A DNA stretch of 64,000 bases. It comes from Macrostomum hystrix. Lineage: Eukaryota; Animalia; Platyhelminthes. The position numbers were made by a program, and so were the translations under genes. Below the pieces are notes generated by a model that did no database searches, had not been told where the DNA came from, and worked only from the letters and a program-made list of their open reading frames with translations. Below, in pieces: positions 49,725-59,819 of this stretch (position 1 is the stretch's first letter; each line of letters starts with the position of its first letter). The stretch lies in the NCBI GenBank assembly GCA_950097015.1, contig CATNEN010000001.1, positions 4,898,001 to 4,962,000 on the forward strand, in the 5' to 3' direction.

Positions 49725-50532
49725 CGCTCCAGCGGCTACTTGTTGAGCCCTGAAGCTGCTGCTACCGCTGCCGCCGCCGCCACCAAAGCCGCCAGAAGCG
49801 CCATTTGCATCAGCGCCAACTCCAGCTGCACCACCGATTTAACCATCAGCCAAACTGCCTACATGGTTGTCGTCATGATTCTTAATTCTCGGTGTCAGTA
49901 TCGACAGGAACGTTTGAATCCTGGCAGACCGTCGTAACACCGACGCCAGTCTTCTTGGCAGACAAGTTAAAAAACGTTAAAAACTGTGCCTGTCAGGAAA
50001 CTCCTGTTCAATTATCAGCATGGAACATATATAGATTATTATGAATGGAGATTGCATGCCGACGTGTCTGACACATTTAAATTGGGGCGCAGCAGTGTAA
50101 AGTAGACAGGGGATGTGCAGTTGTATTTAATTACACCCATGAGGGCCAAATTTCAAGGTAACAGTAATATTGTAGACTTGCCTGACGATGATAGCTATTC
50201 AACTCAATAAAAACGGACATTAATAAATAATATTAAAAAGCAATAACGAAAGGTAGATCGGAGCGAATTGATTTGGTCGAATCGTTAAAATCGCCGTTGC
50301 TGACGATATCACCGCCGCCAACGGCACCGACGGTGTTGAGAGCCACCGAGCCGCCCGCCTGGCCGACAATGATGGTGCACGCTCTCAGATTAAAGTGACC
50401 CCGCGCTACTATGGAGCCGTTTTCCGCCGGTGGTGCCAACGTTGACGCTGTTTCCAACTCTGGCACCGATGGCCTGAATCCAAAGCAGGTGGACACGGGT
50501 ATCAAGTAAAAATCAAGGCTTGATTTTGCCAT
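49725..50532 (-). pseudogene. Highly decayed glycine-rich-domain family copy 6
   Basis: RGHFNLRACTIIVGQAGGSVALNTVGAVGGG (exon-2-like, ~50300-50480) and GGFGGGGG (last-exon-like, ~49730-49930). A SINE B fragment lies between them. Confidence 0.65.
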
Positions 50533-51678
50533 GTTATTGATGCAGCTGTCGCTGCAATCGCTGTAGACTTCGAGATCTTTTTAAACTGTCAAAAAACTGA
50601 AGTCCATAATTTACTATGACGTTTTAAAAATGATATTGTAAGGATATTATGAGAAAGATATACTAATTTGAAGTAATTTCGTGTCTAAAAGTTTGCGTTG
50701 CGTTTAAACTATTTTCAGCAGGAATTTTTGTTTTAGATAAACACCGGTGCGTGAATTTTAAAATGTCGGTCAAAGTCGTTTTCTACAATTGACCTTAATT
50801 GTTCTCAAGACGTGTTACAGTTACAACTTACAACTTCTTAGAGTCAGTTGTTTTATGTCCGTTAATATATTCCATAATAATGCCATCTGCACACTTTTCA
50901 TTTATGCTTCATCTTAATTTTTACTTTTTAGCAAAAAGTAACAGGTACTAATTGCGGCAATGATATTCTGCCAAAAATGCAAAGTGCACCTGAAGGTCAG
51001 TAGGCCTAACGTTATTTCAAGCAGCTTATCTGCCCTTTTTATTTTTGAACTATTTTAGTGCTTTAGTTATTCTGTCTGTTGACTCTGTAGTAGGTATATT
51101 AATTGTTCTCATCTTATTTAGATAAGATATTGTTCCTTTCTTAGTCAAACGTCAATTTCCGAATGATGACCTATTTGACTATTTGACCTTCGAGTGTGAC
51201 TTAGTATTAGCTCTTAGGTGTTCCCTAAAATTATCGTTAGGCCTGTCTTTTATTACCTAGTTAGATTGCATGCAACGACAGACCTAAATTAGAGCACAGG
51301 TGCGACTTCTTATGCTAATTTCTGTTAAGTTGTGGACTCTGAGTCTGAGCTATCATTTGTATTTAAAGCATGGAATTGAAGTCAGAACTAGGCCTAGCGA
51401 TTAAAAAATCCATCGTATGCTATCGCTGAGCTATGTCTAGAACAAAAATTGCTGTTTTTTACTTACAATTAGCATTTTTTATTAGCATTCTTTTGATTTT
51501 GTTTAAACATTAAATATATCTATAAATTGCCTATTTTAGTTCTAGAGCTCTATATTTCTGTACTATTTAGCTAAATTAAATACTAGAAGCTATCTATCTC
51601 TGATAGGCCTACAACTATCCATTAATGATTCATGTGTATTCATAAAAAGCAAAAGCTATCTACAATGACTACCTATTA

Positions 51679-52328
51679 GGGTAATGTATCATCAACCGAA
51701 CAGTGTAGGCCTATCTTCAAAACCGAACAAGAATTTTGACTCCTTCCTTGGTCTTGTGCAAGACAGAAACAAGCTATTGTATTTCACAGAACAACTATTT
51801 TGAATGTCAATGAAATTATTTACAAGCTAAGGCATGGCATGCAAAGAAGCATTAAAAGGAAAGAAAGATATGGATGTTTCAGTAGAAATTTTTATCACAA
51901 AAGCATACTTTTTGACAGCATTTTTTAGCATGTACTTTAGACTAAGATTGTATGTGGTTGCTTTCCAATTAAATTACCATAAATGTAGACTTTATTTATA
52001 GAGCATGAAAAATGCTTTCAAATGACATAATTCATGATAGATCACTCCTTAAATTAAGATTAAACCACTCACTCAAATTGTAAAACCAAACATCAAATTC
52101 TCTGTTTGGTTTGAAGATACATGAAAATCATCGTTTGGTTTTAAATGAAAAGCATGAATAACTTTTTTCTTTTTGACAAATTTGCAAAAGCATATACTTT
52201 TTAGAAAGACAAAACAGTTTTCTATAACTTGGCTTTTGATTTATCATGATATCTTAAATAGAAAATCTGTAGCTTAGGTTTGAAGTTAAAAAATTGCATA
52301 TTCTTGTTCGGTTGATGATACATTACCC
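51679..52328. mobile_element. ~650-bp non-autonomous TIR element (copy 1)
   Basis: TIR GGGTAATGTATCATCAACCGAACA ... TGTTCGGTTGATGATACATTACCC, flanked by TA on both sides. Confidence 0.88.
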
Positions 52329-52726
52329 TACCATTGTTTTGTGTGCAAGTTTTATGTAACTATAAGATAAAGAATCAAAATGTAATATTATGAATACAAT
52401 GGTTATTTAATTTCTTAGGTATGAGTTACTAAACACTTGCTAGAGTAATACCCAAATAAGTTAATCAAGTAATATCTTATTGATCCTAGTTAACCTTGTG
52501 TATTGTCCTAATAATTCCACTTCACATAAGTTAAAATGTACCAGTCAATCAAAAGTAAAGTACAAAATATTACGGCTTAGTAACAATATTATCAATCAAT
52601 AGTGTAGCAGTATGTATATTAATGAAGCTTAGCCAAAGTATTTATTGTTTAATATATTTATTGTAGTACTATTTTTTCTGAAAATAGTATAACATTTCTT
52701 TCAAAAATTGTGACAATAGTATGTTA

Positions 52727-53369
52727 GGGTAATGTATTATCAACCAAACAAGAATGTGTATTTTTTTAACTTCAAACCTAAGCTACAGATTTTCTATTTA
52801 AGATATGATGATAAATCAAAAGCCAAGTTATAGAAAACAGTTACATCTTTCTAAAAAGTATCTGCTTTTGCTATTTTATCAAATAGAAAAAAGTTATTCC
52901 TGCTTTTTATCTAAAGCCGAACAATGATTTTCATATATCTTCAAACCAAACAGAGAATTTGATGTTTGGTTTTACAATTTGAGTGAGTGGTTTAATCTTA
53001 TTTTAAGGAGTGAACTATCATGAATTATGTCATTTGAAAGCATTTTTCATGCTCTATAAATAACTACATTTATGGTCATCTAATTGGCAAGCAACCACAT
53101 ACAATCTTCTTCTAAAGTACATACTGAAAAAATGTTGTTAAAAAGTATGCTTTTGCAATAAAAATTTCTACTGAAACATCAATATCTTTCTTTCCTCTTA
53201 ATGCTTCATTGCACATCATGCCTCAGCTTGTAAATAATTTCTTCAACTTTCAAATTAGTTGTTCTGTGAAACACAATAGCTTGTTTCTGTCTTGCATGAG
53301 ACCAAGGAAGAAGTCAAAATTCTTGTTCGGTTTTGAAGATACGCTGTTTGATTGATGATACATTACCCC
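52727..53369. mobile_element. ~645-bp non-autonomous TIR element (copy 2, inverted relative to copy 1)
   Basis: Same TIRs. The internal sequence is the reverse complement of 51679-52328 with scattered substitutions. Confidence 0.88.
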
Positions 53370-53502
53370 TATTTCTAGTCATTTGAATAGTCATTGCTTA
53401 TATTATTTTTAATTTAAGATGAAGTCTAAGACAAAAATTTTATGAAATTTATTTTGTCTTCTTTGGATTTCATGTAGGTTTCTATTCTTTCATTAGTGCA
53501 TT

Positions 53503-53774
53503 CATACATGCGCAACCTCCCAAATCTTAGCCGGCCGTGCGACTTAGTTTTTGCTCTCATTTGTGACTTAGTTCGTTTCACTGCTCTATTTATGACTTAG
53601 TTTGCTCTCATTTGCTCTCTTTTTCTCTCCCCTTTTTCCTTTTCTTCAGGCCTTCCTTTTTTGTCCCTTGGTCCCCCCTTTGATTTTTTTGCGCTTGGTC
53701 GATTGGTTTTTGTGACCTACCTTGCTTGGCCTTCATTTCACCTGGCCAGTCTGGCCGGGTGTTGCGCATGTATG
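53503..53774. mobile_element. 272-bp MITE with perfect 8-bp TSD (hAT- or P-type)
   Basis: TIR CATACATGCGCAAC ... GTTGCGCATGTATG. TSD AGTGCATT at 53495-53502 and 53775-53782. Confidence 0.9.
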
Positions 53775-53941
53775 AGTGCATTCCAATATTTCTACTTGTA
53801 ACCCTGAAAAGAGTGTCTAATAATATACTAATGAAATATGTTTCATTTTCAGTATTGAGTATCTTAACCCATCAAAACCAAAACCAACTAAATTCAATTT
53901 GACTGCTAGAAAGCCAAAAGAACCTTAATCTAATTAACGCA

Positions 53942-56563
53942 ATGGAGTGCAGCATCTGCGGAGCCCCACCATCTGGTGTACATTATGGCGCCACAACTTG
54001 CGAAGCTTGCAAGGCATTTTTTAAACGCACAGTGCACTCTTGCCTAACCTATTCGTGCATCCGGCCTGGCAATCCTGGACAGTGTCCTGTGCGAGGCAAT
54101 CGACGCAGACAATGCGCCGCCTGCCGCTGGCGTCGCTGCTTGACAGTCGGTATGCGACCTGAGCTTATAAGATCCACTGGAGCTTCCAAATCTGGCATGA
54201 ATGGTGCGCAGTCGGCTGAGCCAATGCAACTGCCACTGCCGCCGCCTTCGACTAATGACAGTCAGCCAGCTGTCGCCAAAGGTAACTAAAGATTGCGTGT
54301 TTCTTTTTTGGAAAATTGTCTTTTTAAGGTTCTCTCCTGTCTCATCTCTCCCGTGTCTCATCTCTATTCCGCCTCATCCCTGTCCCGTATTATCTCTCCC
54401 CTGTCTTTAGTCTACCCGTCTCATCTTTCTCCCTTGTCTCATCTCTTTCCCATTTCATCTCCCCGTGTCTTATCTCTCTCCCGTGTCTCACCTCTCCCGT
54501 GTCTCACCTCTCCCGTGTCTCATCTCTCTTGTGTCTTATCTCTCCCTTGTCTCATCTTTCCCGTGTCTCATCTCTTTCCCTTGTCTTATCTCTATCCCCT
54601 TTTATCTCTTCCCTGTCTCATCTCTCCCCTGTCTCATCTCTCTCTCATGGCTCATCTCTCTCCCGTGTCTCATCTCTATTCCGCCTCATCCCTGTCCCGT
54701 ATTTTCTCCCCCTGTTTTAAGTCTATCCGTCTCATAACTCTCCGTTGTCTTATCTCAATCCTATTTCATCTCTCCCGTGTCTCATCTCTCTTCCGTGTCT
54801 CACCTCTCTCTGGATGGTTTGGATTTAATTTATATTAAATATTTTAGATTTTAGAGTGAAAATATTGAAAAACAAAGCAGCAATATTTGGTTTCCATTGT
54901 CAGATAAGTTCCCAGCCCTACTCCAGCCATTGGCCGAACCGCGTCGCGATCATCATCAGTTCAACAGTGGTTTAGTTCAGCGCCTGCGGCTGTTGGATTG
55001 TCCGCTCGATCCGCTGACCGCTCCGGTTGATAGCTTCGGCCAGCCGGTTAACACAGGCGAGGATATCACAGCCAGTGTGTCCCAGGCCAATGAGACTCTG
55101 GTTCAAGGTCTGGTTGCATTCGCCAAGGGCCTGCCAGAATTTGGTAGCCTGCCATTGTCCGACAGGAAATTCTTGCTGCAGCATCATTGGCTGGCTCTGA
55201 ATGTCTGGGAGATTGCTAATAATTCTGTGCCCTATGATGGTGAGTTAAAAGGAAATTTTCATTTTTTATTAGCCTATTGTGCAAGTCCTTGATTGTTACT
55301 TTAAAAAAATAAAAATTATTACTTTTAGTGTCTACCTCTCAACTTTCTGTAAATATATTTCACCTTATCTTACAATACCTGACCTTTAGCTAATAAAAGC
55401 TTACAATTTTCTCATAAGATCTCACCTTTATTTCACTGAATCTCAATTTTATCTTAGCCATTCCATTTCAATCACACAAAAACTGAATTAAATCTCATCT
55501 TTATCTCACTTTACAAAAATATAATCTCAGATTTTCTCAGAAAATCAGAAAATTTATCTCAAGATGTTTCGCTTTTGTCTAAAAAAGAACAAACCTTCAT
55601 CTCACAAAATGTCACCGTCATCTCACCTTTGTCTCACAAAATGTCACCGTCATCTCACCGTTGTCTAACAAAATGTCACCTTCATCTCACCAATATCTCA
55701 CAAAATGTCACCTTCATCTCACCTATATCTCACAAAATGTCACCTTCATCTCTCCATTATCTCACAAAATGTCACCTTCATCTCACCTATATCTCACAAA
55801 ATGTCACCTTCATCTCACCAATATCTCACAAAATGTCACCTTCATCTCACTTATATCTCACAAAATGTCACCTTCATCTCACTCACCTATATCTCACAAA
55901 ATGTCACCTTCATCTCACCAATATCTCACAAAATGTCACCTTCATCTCACCTATATCTCACAAAATGTCACCTTCATCTCTCCATTATCTCACAAAATGT
56001 CACCTTCATCTCACCTATATCTCACAAAATGTCACCTTCATCTCACCTGTATCTCACAAAATGTCACCTATCTTGAAAGTTGTTATACAATGCCTAGCAA
56101 CAATCGCTAATGCCCGCAATGTCCGCAACCCTTCGCAGGCAACATTAGATTCAGCAGCTCATTTAGCTTGCACGAATCGCAATCTTCGCAGCACACTCGC
56201 TCATTCTCTAGTAGAGCGGGCCAACAGATGCGCACCCTGATTCGCAGATTAACCGGTCTGCAGATTAGTCGGCTAGAATTCTTACTGTTGAAAGCCATCT
56301 TCTTATTGGACGCTGATACTCAAACTAATTGGATTGATAAGTCGGCCATCGATGCTGCTCAGAGTTGTTACATTGCCGAGCTGGCCAATGTGTGCGGAGA
56401 TGTCACGCGTAAAAGTACACTTCTACTTCTATGCGGTACCCTGTCGGCTATGAAGATACACTCTGTTGGTTTCTGGGCCTCGGTCATTGAACGGACCAAG
56501 TACCTGCCACAGCCGCTGCTGTCTGAGATGCTGGACTATTCGCTCACTGCTAACGGTGTGTGA
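53942..56563 (+). CDS. Nuclear receptor, estrogen-related receptor (NR3B)-like, ~366 aa, 3 exons
   Basis: Exons 53942-54281, 54904-55239 and 56139-56563 with phase-1 GT-AG introns. Two C4 zinc fingers with P-box CEACKA. LBD signature FAKGLPEFGSLPLSDRKFLL, EFLLLKAIFLL and AF-2 LLSEMLD. Confidence 0.88.
54330..54810. repeat. TC-rich degenerate minisatellite (TCTCATCTCTCCCGTG) in nuclear receptor intron 1
   Basis: Similar to the reverse complement of the array at 58640-59365. Confidence 0.85.
55596..56068. repeat. 32-bp minisatellite (ATCTCACAAAATGTCACCTTCATCTCACCTAT), ~14 copies, in nuclear receptor intron 2
   Basis: Direct tandem units. Confidence 0.93.
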
Positions 56564-56784
56564 GCACTTATTGCACGCTCTTGAGTATCTGCTAACAAGC
56601 AACTGGTTCGCGGACTATTGTTGACTAACTTTCTCGTGGCTATCATTTTTTCTCTAATATCTTGTCACTTATTATCCTTTCCTCTTATTTTTTACGGTTT
56701 TCTTTTCCAGATTCAAGTAAATTCCGCGTTCTCTGCAATACTCCCATATCCCATCTCTTTATTTTCCTATGTAAACCCTTTATT

Positions 56785-57065
56785 ATCCCATCTCTTCTTT
56801 TCACTATCCTATCTCATCCCTTTAATATCCCATTTCTCCCCTCGATTATCCTATCTCATCCATTGAATATCCCATTTCTCCCCTCGATTATCCTATCTCA
56901 TCCATTGAATATCCCATTTCTCCCCTCGATTATCCTATCTCATCTCTTAATTATCCCATTTCTCCCCTCGATTATCCCGTCTCATCCCTTTCATATCCCA
57001 TTTCTCCCCTCGATTATCCTATCTAATCTCTTAATTATCCCATTTTTCCTCTTCGTAATCCTATT
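56785..57065. repeat. 42-bp minisatellite, ~6 copies, downstream of the nuclear receptor stop
   Basis: ATCCCATTTCTCCCCTCGATTATCCTATCTCATCCATTGAAT units. Confidence 0.85.
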
Positions 57066-58568
57066 TCTCCTCAAAATCATCCCATTCATTCGCTTTATTC
57101 TACTTCCTCTTAATCGTTGTATTTTTTCATTGCTTTTGTTATGATCGGCTCTGTGTTGAACATAGAAATATATTTTTACTTTAAAACTATGTACACACAA
57201 CAATAAAGCCGCATTAATATTTGTACATACATAAAAATCTATCATTTAAAAGTTAAAAGCTCTTACCACCAGGCGCCTAAGGCTATTAGTTGGAATTATC
57301 GATGGAAAATTATCGATATGTTTGATCGATAACCCAATTAATGGTCATAATGGTCATAACAGAACTATTGAACGAACATTTTGTGTCGAGTAACCTTTAT
57401 TGTCACTATTGCAGTTAAATTCTGCTACAAAAAAGCTTTTCATGCTGAAGTTGTCATATAGAATCTCTTCTAGTGCTCTTTTCAAAAACTTTTAAAACCA
57501 AGTACTACTTGTCAGTAGGTTAAAATGCTTGATAAAAAAACAATATATATATTGCTTTTCTTTCAGATTGGTATACTTTTGCCTTCATTATCTGGCTATG
57601 TAAGCAGCCAAGTCTATTAAAATGGCATTATTTACATTATTATACGCTATTTTTACACTTTACATTTTCATTTTGGTTGTATATACCGTTCAAGCCTAGA
57701 TATTAAACACTGAGACGCTAAGAATAGAGACGTGTAAGGCTACTTCATTAAAAACTTGTATTTGACAGATGTTTTTAAAAAGTCAAACCCAGTTAATCCC
57801 TAGTTGTTTCTGAAGCCATAGTTATTTCTAATTTCCAATCCCCTACTATACTAAAAATATGTAAACTGTAATTAACAGAAACTAAGTGTTTTCTCTGTTA
57901 AAATACGTATTCTTTTTAAACTTACCAAGTCAAATGTAGCGTGTTTTTTTGTTTTTGTAAGGCTTCTGTTTTTTTAATGTTTGTTACAAAGGCTACTAAA
58001 ATGACTATAATGCACTTCTCAAAATATGTATGTTGAACGTGAAATTTATATTTAGTAAATATTTTTTTTGCACTAAGATGCGCTAGTCTTTGTTAATAAT
58101 TGCATCATTCTGTTATCGCACATTGTTAATTCTAGAGCTACAAAACTATCTAATTAAGTAAATTTATTTCTAATTCTGATTGATTTTTGTTTTCTAGATC
58201 ATCATGTTCGATAGATACTACTTAACTAATAGATTCTGACCAAGACTGCAAAATAATTGTAAAATAAATATTTACTTATTTCTTTGTAACCTATAAATTA
58301 ATACATTCCTTTCTGCAGATTAACGCAGTAATTAGTACAGTTTCTTTAATTTGTGTTATCAAGTTGGCCTAAAAGGCAATGGTTATATATTTCTTGTTTT
58401 ATGTTTTTTCGTGCTAGGCACAAAACATAACCTTTTATTTGAATAAAACTGAAAATGTAATAATTTTGCTTTGAAGTAAAGCTAAATTTTAGGCCAGGGA
58501 TTATTTAATCTTTGTTACTTTTGTAAATCTCTTGTCAAGTAATGCTCCCCTAAGCTGTACCTCCAAAG

Positions 58569-59464
58569 CATTGTTCTGCAAAAACTTATTAACTAGCGGG
58601 CCAAAGAGAGAAGCTAAAATACGATCGCGGGCTGTAGAAATATGAGATCAGACAGAGAAGAGACGAAAGCTGGAAAGATGAAACACGAGAGAGATGAGAC
58701 ACTGGAGAGATTAGACACGAGAGAGATGAAACACGAGAGAGATGAGACACAGGAGAGATGAGACACTGGAAAGATGAGACACGATAGAGATGAGACACAG
58801 GAGAGATGAGACACGAGAGAGATGAAACACGAGAGATGAGACAGGAGAAATTACACACTGGGGAGATTAGACACGAGAGAGATGAGACAGGAGAAATTAC
58901 ACACTGGGGAGATTAGACACTGGAGAGATAAGACACGAGAGAGATGAGACACAGGAGAGATGAGAAACGAGAGAGATGAGACACCAGGAGAGATGAGACA
59001 CGAGAGAGATGAGACACAGGAGAGATTAGACACGAGAGAGATGAGACTGGAGAAATTACACACTGGGGAGAGTAGACACTGGAGAGATAAGACACGAGAG
59101 AGGTGAGACACAGGAGAGATGAGACACAGGAGAGATGAGACACGAGAGAGATGAGACACAGGAGAGATGAGACACGAGAGAGATGAAACACGAGAGATGA
59201 GACAGGAGAAATTACACACTGGGGAGATTAGACACTGGAGAGATAAGACACGAGAGAGATGAGACAGGAGAAATTAGACACGAGAGAGATGAGAAAGGAG
59301 AAATTACACTCTGGGGAGATTAGACACTGGAGAGATAAGACACGAGAGAGATGAGACACGGGAGTAATGAAGCAGGGGAAAGATAAAGCAGGATACTGTA
59401 GGGGCAACAGGCCGGATTTGGGAGCTTCGAGGGCCGCGTTTGGCCGGAGTTTGCCGAATATTCG
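58569..59464. mobile_element. Degenerate relative of the 10320 hAT MITE, inflated by an internal GAGAGATGAGACAC minisatellite (~58640-59365)
   Basis: The right part, 59391-59457, matches 10399-10483 (GGATACTGTAGG...GGCCGGATTTGGGAGCTTCGAGGGCCGC...CCGGAGTTTGCCGA). The left part, AAACTTATTAACTAGCGGG, resembles AAACTTATTAGCCTGCGGG. No TSD is recognisable. Confidence 0.7.
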
Positions 59465-59819
59465 GCATTTTAAAAGCATCTCCAAAAACGAATGTCACCT
59501 TGAACCCAAATTGTTTAGATACGTTTTTAGATACGAGGCCAAAACATTCCTTAGGGTTAGGCTATAATTCCGTATATTACTTGTATATTTCCTCATACTA
59601 AAAGAAGCAAAAATTATTTGTCTTTTAAGGTAAAAATTTAAGCTCTTGAATTTAAACGGATTATTTAAAGCGGTACAAATATAATTTAAACATTAACGTA
59701 GCTTATGTAATTTTACGTAGCACATCTGATGAGTCTTCTCAAAACAAAGACACAGAAGGGATAAGCACTGCAGTGCAGTGGTTACCTGCATTGTGCCTAC
59801 CGAAACTGAATACATTTTC

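Noticed and set aside
54293-59485. Cys/Ser/Leu/His-rich ORFs at 54293-54838, 55575-56240, 56662-57144 and 58589-59485
   Set aside because: All coincide with minisatellites in introns or intergenic DNA.
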